Shown: positions 47,069 through 57,853, counted from the stretch's first letter. The stretch: DNA of 64,000 nucleotides from an uncultured virus (IMG/VR IMGVR_UViG_3300035210_000191) (IMGVR_UViG_3300035210_000191); one strand, 5' to 3'. Notes: generated by a model from the sequence alone, not told the origin. Numbers and translations are program-made.

Positions 47069-49207
47069 TTAGAATCCAATGGTTAAATTAGTAATATCGA
47101 CACCATCAGTTTCTTTTTTCTTTCTAGCCTTTCTAACTGCAGTTACTTTAGGTTTGACTTGTTCTTCTAGTTTCGTCACCTTCTCAATGAGATAATCAAT
47201 CATCTTCTTGTCGCTAAAATGTCCATCACTTTTACTATGAGCAGCTTTCACCGTTTTCGTACTTGTTAAAGTGATGCCCACCAGTGATTTAACACTTTTT
47301 GATGTTTGATTGAAATCATAAATGAAATATTGCTTTCCACCTCTTTCAACATATTGGTCAAAATAAGTCTTGTTTCGACTAATACACCAAGAACCACTTC
47401 CTAATTTTTTAGATTGCTCAAAGTTAGAAATTTCCAGAATAAGAATATTATCTGTATCTGAAATAACGTTTACTTTGTTAGATGAAGCTTTAATTTTAAT
47501 GGATTCCATATCAAAGTCATTAAAACTATTGATTAAACTTTTAATATGTTCATTAAACATTTTTTCAGTTTCAACAGCCGCCAACTTTTTACCAATCATT
47601 TCTTGCACAATCTTTGAATCAATGCCTAAATCATAGAGTTCTTTAAACAGCTTATAACTTTGAGTATTGTACAAATGTTTATACTTACTGCTCACAATGC
47701 TTTCAGCGTATTTTTTAATTTTATGTTCACGAATTAATTTGTGCATTTTGTCATCAATTTTTTCGAATGAAGCTACTTTTTTGCAGGCTTCAATGAAATC
47801 AAATTTTAATGATTTTAAAATGTTTTCGTTTTTGAAATAAGTATCAATGGATACCATTATTTTGTTAAACTGCAATGGTTTATCATAATACGGCTCAGCA
47901 CTCTCATTGATTTTATTAATAGCACTTTCAAACACATTGCTAATAACCTTGGCAATCGTTGGGTTTTTTCTAAGCGTGTGCTTCAAGTAACCAACCATTG
48001 CTGCTTTTACAAGATGTTTGGTTTCATTAATATCAACAAAAACTTCAAATCTCTCTTGACCATCCACCAAAATAGCTAAACTTTTATCTTCAAAAATGAT
48101 TACTTTTTTATAATGGATATTTTGATGAGAAATGTTCTCAGCAATCAACATGACATCTTTTGTTCTTTTTTCTAAGAAAGTTTCAATAGCGTGTTCGTCA
48201 TATATTTTGTTAGGTGTCAAAAGCGTTACATCTTCACTGAAAAACTTTGCTTTTGTTACAGGCAGAACAATTTTATCTTTCATTTTCTTATAGGCTGAAT
48301 GGATTGAGGTGATTAACACTTTATTATTGTTTCTAATTTCAACTTCATCATACTCATCTTTTTTAACAGAAACCATAGCCTTTTTGATGTTGTTTTTCAA
48401 AAAATCAATTTTTTCTTGAAGTCTGTCTACTTCATTGATAATTTCGTTATCTACAACATATTTCTCTCTATTCATTGAATTGAATGAATTACGTGGATTA
48501 ATAAAGCCTTCGAATCCGTGGTGTGGTTTGTTGTAATAAATCTCTCGCATAATACTGTGAGATTTCTTTATAAAACCTATCGAATGATTTCTAATATCAC
48601 TAAATTCAGACATCAATTGCTGGTAAATTTTAAAGCTCTCTTTATCTTTTTCTAGAAATTCAAGCACGGGTGCCATTTCACTGGAAATGGTTACATTATG
48701 TGTTTTTGCAAACGACAACCATTCATCCACCAGTGGGGTGCAATTTAAAACATTTCGAATCATAAATAGTTCTCTGATCGCATGATAGGACATTTGAATA
48801 GAGCTTTCAAAATTCATCAGTTTGTATTCAAATGTTTTTATAATGTCTTCTTTTGAGAGATCTTTGTTTCTTTTCATCAAGGATGGCATGAATTGGCGAG
48901 ATTCATTATCAAAATCCATGTAATGAGACATTTCAAGTTTTTTATTGGTCATACTGAGCATGGATAAATCCATATCTAGGAATTCTAACCCCAAACACAT
49001 TTTAAAATCATTATCATTACGAATATCAGATAAATTATATTTTTTAAATGCTTCATACTTATTAGTATCATCTAGGTCTTCCAAATAAACAAATGATCCA
49101 TAGTCTCTATCGAATCTTGAATTGTAATGATGATGATGATAGTGATAACCTTGTTGTTTTAAACAGAGTTCTTCAAGCACTTTGTAAAATTTAGGATTGA
49201 TATGCAT
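47069..49207 (-). CDS. Large hypothetical protein (712 aa)
   Basis: C-terminal domain SKKLGSGSWCIS...FDQY...QYFIYD; basic tail. Confidence 0.75.
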   Translation of the reverse strand: MHINPKFYKVLEELCLKQQGYHYHHHHYNSRFDRDYGSFVYLEDLDDTNKYEAFKKYNLSDIRNDNDFKMCLGLEFLDMDLSMLSMTNKKLEMSHYMDFDNESRQFMPSLMKRNKDLSKEDIIKTFEYKLMNFESSIQMSYHAIRELFMIRNVLNCTPLVDEWLSFAKTHNVTISSEMAPVLEFLEKDKESFKIYQQLMSEFSDIRNHSIGFIKKSHSIMREIYYNKPHHGFEGFINPRNSFNSMNREKYVVDNEIINEVDRLQEKIDFLKNNIKKAMVSVKKDEYDEVEIRNNNKVLITSIHSAYKKMKDKIVLPVTKAKFFSEDVTLLTPNKIYDEHAIETFLEKRTKDVMLIAENISHQNIHYKKVIIFEDKSLAILVDGQERFEVFVDINETKHLVKAAMVGYLKHTLRKNPTIAKVISNVFESAINKINESAEPYYDKPLQFNKIMVSIDTYFKNENILKSLKFDFIEACKKVASFEKIDDKMHKLIREHKIKKYAESIVSSKYKHLYNTQSYKLFKELYDLGIDSKIVQEMIGKKLAAVETEKMFNEHIKSLINSFNDFDMESIKIKASSNKVNVISDTDNILILEISNFEQSKKLGSGSWCISRNKTYFDQYVERGGKQYFIYDFNQTSKSVKSLVGITLTSTKTVKAAHSKSDGHFSDKKMIDYLIEKVTKLEEQVKPKVTAVRKARKKKETDGVDITNLTIGF

Positions 49208-49311
49208 ACAATAAACACCTCTTTAAAATTTGGGCTATTATAGCAAAATATGACGGCATCTGTCAATTTATTTACTTATTTTGAAGCCTTTAATTCGTTT
49301 ATTTTGAGCTA

Positions 49312-49340
49312 TTGACAATAAAGATAAATATTGCTATATT
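49312..49340 (+). promoter_or_regulatory. sigma70-like promoter
   Basis: TTGACA followed at canonical spacing by TGCTATATT. Confidence 0.7.
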
Positions 49341-49382
49341 TAAAGCTCAAACACATAAGCTTAATTAAATGAGGATTTAGAT

Positions 49383-49538
49383 ATGGCTAAAATTGTAGTG
49401 AACACCAAGACTGAACGCAAAGAACGTGAAATTGAGCTGGCATGGAAACAGCATGAAGCCAAATTTGCACCACGGGTATCGAAAGAACAAGCATGGGAAC
49501 GTTTCGAACAGCTACGAGAAAAAGCACTCGGTTATTGA
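49383..49538 (+). CDS. Small hypothetical protein (51 aa), below the ORF-track cutoff
   Basis: GAGG RBS; MAKIVVNTKTERKEREIELAWKQHEAKFAPRVSKEQAWERFEQLREKALGY; own promoter and terminator (about 49560-49586). Confidence 0.75.
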   Translation: MAKIVVNTKTERKEREIELAWKQHEAKFAPRVSKEQAWERFEQLREKALGY

Positions 49539-49649
49539 TTTTAACCACTTAAACACCATAGGCAGCCAAAATCGGTTGCCTTTTTTATTTCTTGCTCAAA
49601 ATGACCCAATATGTTATGATGGGACATCATTTTTTGGAGCTATACTACC

Positions 49650-50264
49650 ATGAGAGATTTAAATTCATTTGATTTTACCAACGTGAAGACCTTTATTCAG
49701 TCCGCATTTCAAAAGAGTGTTGACCTTGGAGCTTTTCAAGATGTTGGCTTTTCAGTGGAAAGCTTTATGAATCGTGTTATGGAGAATGGTTTCGAACCCA
49801 CATTCACTTACATGAAATCTCAATCCAATAATTTTGAGCGAATTACATACAGCACAGCGTATCGCCGTAAGTCCAGTAGTGGTAAGGTCGCTAAAACTTC
49901 GATTATCTACTATCGCTTCGATACCGAATTTGAAGCCCGAGAAGAGGGTGTAAAGCACGTCTATTCTGGTAACTTTCTTCGCCTTTGCTGGCCGGTTCAC
50001 CTGATGAATAAAAAAGACCTCTGGTTTAATTTGGATACGGGTGATATTTGGCTCACTTACCGCCATCCTAGTGAGGTTAACGAAAGTCATAAAAAAGTTA
50101 CTATGGAAGAACTTCTTAATTTGTTTTATGTCGAAACAATGGGTTCTCTTCATTATATTGTTAACAAAAAAACTAATGTTGGTATGACTAAAAAGTTCTT
50201 TTTTGAATTGCCTGATGAAACTATTCGTTCTCATGTGTCTCTTTGTGACATGATTGAGGTCTGA
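49650..50264 (+). CDS. Hypothetical protein, MxxI family
   Basis: Ends PDETIRSHVSLCDMIEV. Confidence 0.8.
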   Translation: MRDLNSFDFTNVKTFIQSAFQKSVDLGAFQDVGFSVESFMNRVMENGFEPTFTYMKSQSNNFERITYSTAYRRKSSSGKVAKTSIIYYRFDTEFEAREEGVKHVYSGNFLRLCWPVHLMNKKDLWFNLDTGDIWLTYRHPSEVNESHKKVTMEELLNLFYVETMGSLHYIVNKKTNVGMTKKFFFELPDETIRSHVSLCDMIEV

Positions 50265-50265
50265 G

Positions 50266-51033
50266 ATGAACAATACACATGCTGAATTGGTTCGATTGAC
50301 TGCTTTGTTTATTGAAAAGTATGGCTCTATCATTTCCAAAAACAGGCCAGATAGTGAAATGAAATATGGCTACAATACGAGTGGTTCGTCTAATGTCTCT
50401 TTTCATCTTAATGATGACACTTGCTATATTTTTGAAATTATCCCTCATACTCGTACTATAAAAATTCAATTAGCTACATTAAAAACACCAGAGCAGCCTA
50501 TTTATCGTGATTTTTTGAAGGCTGCACCTTTTATTAATATCGACTATAAAAGAGTTTTTGAGATATTTGATTTTATTAAAACCGATGATGCACAATTAGA
50601 CTCCATTAAATCATTTAAACGATTTAATGCTATTTCTGATTCTTGTCATGATTTCTTTAATACTAATAAATTGACTTACGAAATCGGATATAAAGATTTT
50701 TATAAAAAAATAAATAGACGAGTTAAAATAAATACCGTTATTGGTAAACATTTAGGTTTTGATGCCGATATGAACATCATTGTTCACTATAATATTGACT
50801 TCATGTTTTCTGATCGTGATGTTATTGCTATCAAATTTAATAATGTTGATGACCATTATTCAGTTGATGAAAATTATATGAATAAAGAACAGCTTTTAGA
50901 TTACATTTCAGTTAAAAGAAGACGTGCCATTCGTAAAAATATCAACAGAAGTTTTAAAAATATTGATTTTGATATTGACTTTGATAACAAATATCAAGAA
51001 CAAATACAATTATTAGAAATGCTGGCTATTTAA
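50266..51033 (+). CDS. Hypothetical protein, MxxI family
   Basis: Ends YQEQIQLLEMLAI. Confidence 0.8.
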   Translation: MNNTHAELVRLTALFIEKYGSIISKNRPDSEMKYGYNTSGSSNVSFHLNDDTCYIFEIIPHTRTIKIQLATLKTPEQPIYRDFLKAAPFINIDYKRVFEIFDFIKTDDAQLDSIKSFKRFNAISDSCHDFFNTNKLTYEIGYKDFYKKINRRVKINTVIGKHLGFDADMNIIVHYNIDFMFSDRDVIAIKFNNVDDHYSVDENYMNKEQLLDYISVKRRRAIRKNINRSFKNIDFDIDFDNKYQEQIQLLEMLAI

Positions 51034-51042
51034 GGATATTAC

Positions 51043-51786
51043 ATGTTAGAAGTAATTATTAATAAATTTTTAGAACGTTACCACACTGATTTTAGTTTGG
51101 GTGGCTATTCTGTACATAAGGTTACCCATTCTCCCAGTATTTCTGTGCTAAAAATGATTTCTGACGATTATGTTTTGACATTTACATTATTTAATGAACA
51201 GCCTTTACGTTTGTTGGTTGATATTCATTACTGTGATCAATTTAAACTTAATGAAAAAAACAAATCCGTTATTTTAAACAGAGAACTATCTTTTTTTCCA
51301 TTCAACTCGCATAAACATGAAATTCTAGACGCTGTTCAAAAAGAGATTTGTGAGCGTCTTGGGGTCTGTGAATTGGTAGACGCTACTGATGATCTTACTA
51401 AATCGGCTTCTGATAATTTATATAATGCTCGATTTAATAATAAGCTCTTTGAAGTTGTACCTAGTATGAAAAAAACAGTAGGTGGTCTTAAAATCTTTCG
51501 ATTAAATAATTATGTGATTAATATTACAACCGATGGTGAAGTATTTTATAACACTAAAACTTACTATTCTTTTGATAATGATTATTTTCTTTTTAATAAT
51601 AATGATGATGTCTATTCCTATTGTGGTGTTGATTATGTGGAACATGAACTTGAATCGTTATTTTTAAAAATTATTGTGAATAGAATTAATAATGAAATAT
51701 TTAAAGAGACAGAAATTTCTTTAATGCATGAATCAGAAGAATTCATTAAAAAAGCTATTAATGTTTACAAAATGCTGAAAATTTGA
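51043..51786 (+). CDS. Hypothetical protein, MxxI family
   Basis: Ends SEEFIKKAINVYKMLKI. Confidence 0.8.
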   Translation: MLEVIINKFLERYHTDFSLGGYSVHKVTHSPSISVLKMISDDYVLTFTLFNEQPLRLLVDIHYCDQFKLNEKNKSVILNRELSFFPFNSHKHEILDAVQKEICERLGVCELVDATDDLTKSASDNLYNARFNNKLFEVVPSMKKTVGGLKIFRLNNYVINITTDGEVFYNTKTYYSFDNDYFLFNNNDDVYSYCGVDYVEHELESLFLKIIVNRINNEIFKETEISLMHESEEFIKKAINVYKMLKI

Positions 51787-51839
51787 TTTATTTTTATATG
51801 TTTTTATGATATAATGGGTCATCTTTCATTGGAGAACCT

Positions 51840-52649
51840 ATGGACAATCTATTTATAGAACAATTTGCTTCAAATTATTCCGCCAAGCTGTTTGCGGAAG
51901 GTTTTGTCTATAAGGATAAATCTGCCAGTGAACCGAAATTTTTTGATCGTAAATTTTTCTCCGTATTGACCATCCCTAATAAAAATGGTGATATTCTTTA
52001 TATAGAAGAAACAGCCAAAGAAAATAATAGTAACTATAAGTCTTATGACCTTTATTTTTCGTTTAATACAAAAGATGATGATGAAAAGACAGTTCGTATG
52101 CTTCGTTACCTTGATAAAATCTTTAATGTTAATTTTAATTACATGAAAGCTATTCATGACAGCTATGTTCAGGCGGGTTTAGATGTAGGTTTGTTTATTA
52201 AAAAGGGTGATGTAGAATTTAAACCAAATTCTATGCTTTCCCATATGGACATATCTTTCGTTAATAAGAAGTTTAATCTAGCCATTCAGAATGTTATCTA
52301 TAATCCAGTTGTCGATAAGATTATCAGAACTAAGAAAATTGATTTGAAAGGTGGTGTTCCTCAATCTTTTGATGATGGCGAGTTTACAGCTACATTCCAG
52401 ACAAAGTTATTATTTCTTGACCAAAGTCCTTTCTTTTTTTATAACAATGGGGAAACGCCTATTTTAGTCCATTCCCCAAATAGCACCATGACTGATGTGT
52501 TAACAGTAGGTATGCTTTACACTTATTTTTATGACAGCTTTAAAGATCGTATCGGAAAAAAATTCTTGGACATTGACATTGATCTTAAAACTATCAGTAA
52601 AGAATTGTTTGATAGTTATATTGATGTTCTTGATATGGCAAAAATTTAA
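51840..52649 (+). CDS. Hypothetical protein, MxxI family
   Basis: Ends FDSYIDVLDMAKI. Confidence 0.8.
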   Translation: MDNLFIEQFASNYSAKLFAEGFVYKDKSASEPKFFDRKFFSVLTIPNKNGDILYIEETAKENNSNYKSYDLYFSFNTKDDDEKTVRMLRYLDKIFNVNFNYMKAIHDSYVQAGLDVGLFIKKGDVEFKPNSMLSHMDISFVNKKFNLAIQNVIYNPVVDKIIRTKKIDLKGGVPQSFDDGEFTATFQTKLLFLDQSPFFFYNNGETPILVHSPNSTMTDVLTVGMLYTYFYDSFKDRIGKKFLDIDIDLKTISKELFDSYIDVLDMAKI

Positions 52650-52671
52650 ATTAAATGATGGAGTTACAGAT

Positions 52672-53409
52672 ATGTTGAAAAAGTTAATCATTCCAGTATT
52701 TACTAAATTCTTTAAAGAACATTTCAGTGTAGATGTTGTTGTCGAAGAAGTTCCTGCTGTGAATCCAGTTTTTACAGTGAGTATTTATAATGGAAACAAA
52801 AAACAACACCTGCTTATTATTTATATCAATGATAGACAAGGCATCTTGCCTATCTTAAATGTTTACCATTATGATGGTGAAGGTGAAATTTACTTACGTG
52901 AAATGGTTAAAAAAGCTAAACGAGTTGATTCTCACTATACTCGTATTATTAAAATGTTTGAAAACATACATGAACAATTATCATTATTCAAAACTACCAA
53001 ATTAGAATCAGAAGACAATATTTTTAACCTTTTTACATCTGATCGGGTGAACCGAGTTAATGATTTTAATAAATTATCAGGGACTGATATTGCAAAGTTC
53101 ACGTCTGTATTAGGCTTAACAACTATTCGACATGATTGCGTATTTACTATTTACAATAAAGAGTTATATCTTGATCTTAGATTGAATTGCTCAGTTAACT
53201 TTTCTGATAAACTCATCAGCTCACACCCACAATTATTGGAGAATAATCCATCTTATTATAATGATTTAGAGAAAGGGCTGTATAATTTATCAAGATCATC
53301 TATTATTAATAGGATTCGGCAGAATTTAAAAATTACGCTTAATCCACAAGAAGTTTTAGATGAAGATATTGTTCGATATGTTCAACTATTAGAGATGAAT
53401 AAAATATGA
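52672..53409 (+). CDS. Hypothetical protein, MxxI family
   Basis: GGAG RBS before ATG 52672; ends DEDIVRYVQLLEMNKI. Confidence 0.8.
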   Translation: MLKKLIIPVFTKFFKEHFSVDVVVEEVPAVNPVFTVSIYNGNKKQHLLIIYINDRQGILPILNVYHYDGEGEIYLREMVKKAKRVDSHYTRIIKMFENIHEQLSLFKTTKLESEDNIFNLFTSDRVNRVNDFNKLSGTDIAKFTSVLGLTTIRHDCVFTIYNKELYLDLRLNCSVNFSDKLISSHPQLLENNPSYYNDLEKGLYNLSRSSIINRIRQNLKITLNPQEVLDEDIVRYVQLLEMNKI

Positions 53410-54158
53410 ATATGAATGATTTGTGTGATTCAATTATATTTAAAATAAAGCCATTTTTTAAGGAAAACGTTCTCGAACCAGTCTTTTTTCAGAAACGGAC
53501 TAAGGGCGATGTCGGCAGTCATAATGTTTTTCCTGATGTTCGTGTACTTACCGCGTCAGGAGACATTATTTTTAGTTTTATTATTTCAGCAGTAAGTCAG
53601 GCTAAAAGTCATTCAATTAATATAGTGATTGGTGACCAAAAGTATTTAGATATCTACAATTTATTTGTAAAAGAATGTTGTGTTGATGGCTTTAATTTCT
53701 TTTCATTGTTTGTTGATTCTATGATTAAAAAAAGTGCTCATTTAAAATTTATCAAAGCTGTCAATATATTACAAGATTCCAAGACAATTGAGTATTCATC
53801 AAGTTTGCATGGTATTATTGATCGACAAACCTATGCAATACTTGAAACTGCTTTTGAAACTATTGAAATACAACAAAGACCTCTATTCATTTTTGAAAAC
53901 AACAAATTCTATCTTAATCCAGAATTTATATTTACGTTGGGAGGTGGTAAATTAAAATTTATCAAGAAAACAGAAAATAATGATAAATACATTAAGGATT
54001 ATGTTTCTAAATGTGCTGATTTATTTTATACACAATATTTGAACTATATACAATCAGCATTAAGTGAACTCTATGATGTTCCAGTGAATGAGATTTCTAA
54101 TTGGTCGCCAGAATTATTGATGTCTTATTATCCTGTATTAGCGATGGAGGTTTGTTAA
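53406..54158 (+). CDS. Hypothetical protein, MxxI family (subfamily E)
   Basis: FIFENNKFYL; ends SYYPVLAMEVC. Confidence 0.8.
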   Translation: MNMNDLCDSIIFKIKPFFKENVLEPVFFQKRTKGDVGSHNVFPDVRVLTASGDIIFSFIISAVSQAKSHSINIVIGDQKYLDIYNLFVKECCVDGFNFFSLFVDSMIKKSAHLKFIKAVNILQDSKTIEYSSSLHGIIDRQTYAILETAFETIEIQQRPLFIFENNKFYLNPEFIFTLGGGKLKFIKKTENNDKYIKDYVSKCADLFYTQYLNYIQSALSELYDVPVNEISNWSPELLMSYYPVLAMEVC

Positions 54159-54917
54159 ATGACAACAGAACAACTGATTGAAAGCATGAAGTCAGTTTTA
54201 AGCTTGTTTGCGGCTCAGCATCTTAATTATCCTGTTATGTTTAAGGCGTCATTAAATAATACTAAGCCTAATGGCATTTCTTTGGATATTTTACATATGC
54301 AATCCTCTACAGGACAACTTTTATTATCTTTTATTATTATGAAAGACAGAAGGATCTATGATCAAAAATTTAAATCTATCGAAGTAAAAATCCACGATGA
54401 AAAACATTTAAACATATTGAATAAATTCATAGCTGTGTGTAGCCAATACAGTTCTAATTCATTTAATCTATTTATGAATGAAACACTTAAACAGACCGAT
54501 CATCTCAAATTAATAACCTCTATTGATGTATTGCCACTTGAGGAAAGAAAGTTGATTATAGATGGTGCATATATTAGAGTGGATTTTGCTGTCCATGCAG
54601 TTATGAAAACACCTTTTGAAGTCATCAACATTTATAAGATACCCAAATTCATTTTTGAGGATAATAAATTTTACTTACATGATAAGTTTAGTTTTAATTC
54701 ACTAGGTCAACACTATACGTTTGCTCAAAAAACTGAAGACGTAGATGTCATGAAGGTTGAAGTTAAAGAATTCGCTCAGAAATTTTATGAAGAACACTAT
54801 GAAATCATCACTTCAAAGATTAATGAACTGTATGATGTTCCGTTTACTGAATTTGGCCTTTGGACTGATAAACAGTTCCGTGCTTATTACCCAGTATTGT
54901 CAATGGAACGTTATTAA
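54159..54917 (+). CDS. Hypothetical protein, MxxI family (subfamily E)
   Basis: FIFEDNKFYL; ends AYYPVLSMERY. Confidence 0.8.
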   Translation: MTTEQLIESMKSVLSLFAAQHLNYPVMFKASLNNTKPNGISLDILHMQSSTGQLLLSFIIMKDRRIYDQKFKSIEVKIHDEKHLNILNKFIAVCSQYSSNSFNLFMNETLKQTDHLKLITSIDVLPLEERKLIIDGAYIRVDFAVHAVMKTPFEVINIYKIPKFIFEDNKFYLHDKFSFNSLGQHYTFAQKTEDVDVMKVEVKEFAQKFYEEHYEIITSKINELYDVPFTEFGLWTDKQFRAYYPVLSMERY

Positions 54918-54935
54918 TGATAGGAAACATAAAAA

Positions 54936-55700
54936 ATGAACGATAATGAATTATGTCAAGCAATGATCGCAGAGTTAAGACCTTTCTTTGAGAAAAACAT
55001 GAAAGGTTCTGTTATTTTTCATACCCGCACTGGGTTGGGGCAATATACTGGTGGTCGGACAATTTGTTGCTTGGATGTCAATACAAGTAAAGCTAAGTCT
55101 ATTTTTCGTTTTACCATTAATAACAATGTGGAAAAAGGTAATTATTTGGTAAATAATATTACCTTAGATATTGATAATAAAAAATATTTGCCACTTTATA
55201 ATAAGTTTATTAAACACTGCAGTGAACAAAGCACCGATTCTTTTTCATTATTTATGAAGGCTGCTAGTGATTACAGTGAACAACTAAAAATTATCTCGAA
55301 AATAAATGTTTTACCTTTTACAAAGCGAACATTAAAATTTGGTTCATGGAAGACACTCATGATGGATACAACTCTTCATGCGGAAGTTACAACACCTTTT
55401 GAGACTTTCAAAGTTTATAAAAGAGCTAAATTTATATTTGAAAATAATCAATTTTATCTTAATGATGAATTTCACTTCATATCATTTGGTATGGATTTTG
55501 TATTTCAGAAAAACAGTGAACAGGATGGTTTAGTTAAAATGCAGTTGCATAGTTTTGCTACTCAATTTTATGATCTTCATCAAGTTCAGATTTTAGGTTC
55601 AATCATTCGTTTATATAATTTACCTCACACCGAAGTTAATGATTTTAGTAACGAAGAAATTATGAGTTACTATCCAGTTTTGTCTATCGAACACTATTGA
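54936..55700 (+). CDS. Hypothetical protein, MxxI family (subfamily E, Met replaced by Ile)
   Basis: FIFENNQFYL; ends SYYPVLSIEHY. Confidence 0.8.
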   Translation: MNDNELCQAMIAELRPFFEKNMKGSVIFHTRTGLGQYTGGRTICCLDVNTSKAKSIFRFTINNNVEKGNYLVNNITLDIDNKKYLPLYNKFIKHCSEQSTDSFSLFMKAASDYSEQLKIISKINVLPFTKRTLKFGSWKTLMMDTTLHAEVTTPFETFKVYKRAKFIFENNQFYLNDEFHFISFGMDFVFQKNSEQDGLVKMQLHSFATQFYDLHQVQILGSIIRLYNLPHTEVNDFSNEEIMSYYPVLSIEHY

Positions 55701-55747
55701 ATAAACAGTATTACTGTGTTAGAATATCGAATATTTGAGAGGTTCCT

Positions 55748-57019
55748 ATGAAACGTAATTATAATATTCATCCATTGTTCAAAGATGACATTCAACACGC
55801 TAAAACATTATTGGCTAAAAAAGGCTATACACTTGATGTAGATCTTTTTACGACGCTTAATGAAAAAAGACTTTCATTGCTTCAAGAAGCAGAAAGCTAT
55901 AAAAAAGAAATCAATACGCTCTCAAAGTCTACCCCACGAGACACAGACTTCATTCAAAATATTGCTCGCTCAAAAGAGATGAAAGCTAAACTTTTGTTGG
56001 TTGAACAAGAGTACGTTGTGGCTGAAGAACAATTCGTTGATTACTTCTGTGCTATCCCTAACTTTCCACATGTCAGTGTTCCAGAAGGTTTTGATGAACA
56101 GGGTAACGTAGAAGTTAAACGTCATCTTGAACCCACTAAGTTTTCACATGATATTAAAGACCATGTGGCATTAGGTGACCGCAAACAGCAACTGGATATT
56201 AAAGCAGGTGTTGCTCTTTCAGGTAGCCGTTTTATCGTGCTGCGTAATGACATTGCTAAATTGCACCGTGCCTTGATTCAATTTATGTTGGACACTCATA
56301 CCGATGACGGATATCAAGAACACTATGTTCCTTATATTGTGAATGATGACGCTTTGTATGGAACTGGTCAGTTGCCTAAGTTTCAAGAAGACCTCTATCA
56401 GTTGAAAAACAAAGAGAATGCTTACTTGATCCCAACCGCAGAAGTCCCATTGACAAACTTGTTTGCGGGTCAATTCTTGCCAGAAGCTGACTTGCCTATT
56501 AATATCACTGCTCATACACCTTGCTTCCGTTCAGAAGCTGGCTCATACAGCAAGGATATTGTCGGTCTTATCCGTCAACATCAATTTGAGAAGGTCGAGC
56601 TTGTAAAGATTGTTAAAGCTGATGAATCTTATGTTGAACTTGAAAAAATGCTTAATCAATCAGAGAAGATTTTGCAGTTGCTTAACTTGCCTTATCGTGT
56701 CGTCGCTTTGTGTGGTGGTGATATGGGGTTCTCAGCCGCTAAAACTTATGACATTGAAGTCTGGGTTCCTAGCCAGAACACATATCGAGAGATTTCTTCT
56801 GTTTCAAACTGTGAAGACTTCCAAGCTCGTAGAATGCTGGCTAAATACAAAACATCAACTGGTAATCATTACGTTCATACATTGAATGGTTCTGCGTTGG
56901 CGGTAGGTCGTTGCTTATTGGCTATCTTGGAAAACTTCCAAAATGAAGATGGCTCTGTTAATGTTCCAGAAGTGCTTCAACCTTACATGAGAAATCAAAC
57001 AAAAATTTTGGAGCTTTAA
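55748..57019 (+). CDS. serS: Seryl-tRNA synthetase
   Basis: N-terminal coiled coil, IPN, GTGQLPKF, LIPTAEVP, CFRSEAGS, GLIRQHQFEKVEL, YREISSVSNC, HTLNGSALAVGR. Confidence 0.97.
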   Translation: MKRNYNIHPLFKDDIQHAKTLLAKKGYTLDVDLFTTLNEKRLSLLQEAESYKKEINTLSKSTPRDTDFIQNIARSKEMKAKLLLVEQEYVVAEEQFVDYFCAIPNFPHVSVPEGFDEQGNVEVKRHLEPTKFSHDIKDHVALGDRKQQLDIKAGVALSGSRFIVLRNDIAKLHRALIQFMLDTHTDDGYQEHYVPYIVNDDALYGTGQLPKFQEDLYQLKNKENAYLIPTAEVPLTNLFAGQFLPEADLPINITAHTPCFRSEAGSYSKDIVGLIRQHQFEKVELVKIVKADESYVELEKMLNQSEKILQLLNLPYRVVALCGGDMGFSAAKTYDIEVWVPSQNTYREISSVSNCEDFQARRMLAKYKTSTGNHYVHTLNGSALAVGRCLLAILENFQNEDGSVNVPEVLQPYMRNQTKILEL

Positions 57020-57853
57020 GTGTCTAAACTCAATTCAAAAGAAATCTGCCAGCCACTGTTAGAACATGCTAAAACAGTGCTGTCGGATGGTTTGGATCGC
57101 CCTTTTGAACAATACACTGTTGATTATGGACACGATGGTTTTTCAATTTTTAAAAATAGAAAGACAGGTTACAAATCGAGTGCTTATAACATCCTTAATG
57201 CCTACGTGTTACCCTGTGAAAATGGTAACTTTTTAAAAGTAGGTACGGATGGATCTATTGATGACTACAAGAACCTTTATTCAACACTTTTTAAAGATTC
57301 TATTGTGGATGAAGCCTACCTTCAAGCTATTATTCAGAAGTTTTTTGAAGCAGGATTAAGATGGAATCAGTTTGACTCTGTGGAATATCACCCAAAAGAT
57401 TTATCCATTGATTCATTAACTTCTGATGACAACCATCGAAGAAAATCAACGAGTAAAAAACATTTGGCAATGTTCTATTATTCAGCTCGTAGTCGTAAAG
57501 CTGAACAACGCCGTCGATTTAGCAATAGAAAAAGTAAAGCAGCCTATTCAGTGTGTACCATGAGTTTAAATATGTCTACTTATACAGGTGAATTGTCGCC
57601 TGTCTATGTGTTAAATATTCCTTTGTTGGCTGATATTAAGTTGACTATCATGGTGGATGCTAATAAAGGTATTAGTGAAGATGACGTTCAATTGTTAGTT
57701 TATAAATATGAACGCCGCATTCGTTCTCAGTTGTATGACATCATTAAACGTAATCTTAGACTTAAAGACCATGAGTCATTAGGTGAAGTCACTGAATACT
57801 CTATGCAGCAACTTGTTGATTATGTGATTGTAACAGAAATGGCTGCTTATTGA
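57020..57853 (+). CDS. Hypothetical protein, MxxI family
   Basis: GTG start abutting serS; ends LVDYVIVTEMAAY. Confidence 0.8.
   Translation: MSKLNSKEICQPLLEHAKTVLSDGLDRPFEQYTVDYGHDGFSIFKNRKTGYKSSAYNILNAYVLPCENGNFLKVGTDGSIDDYKNLYSTLFKDSIVDEAYLQAIIQKFFEAGLRWNQFDSVEYHPKDLSIDSLTSDDNHRRKSTSKKHLAMFYYSARSRKAEQRRRFSNRKSKAAYSVCTMSLNMSTYTGELSPVYVLNIPLLADIKLTIMVDANKGISEDDVQLLVYKYERRIRSQLYDIIKRNLRLKDHESLGEVTEYSMQQLVDYVIVTEMAAY

Noticed and set aside
49125..49150. His-rich run YHYHHHHY in the 712-aa ORF
   Set aside because: Short low-complexity CAT repeat with no other support for a function.
6961..54158. Reading the C-terminal tag as a CaaX prenylation motif
   Set aside because: The conserved residue at -4 is Met, not Cys, and the promoters and RBSs are bacterial.
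55700..55747. Ser-rich leader or attenuator for serS
   Set aside because: Only 47 bp separate it from the upstream gene; this holds a promoter-like element and RBS but no leader ORF or hairpin.
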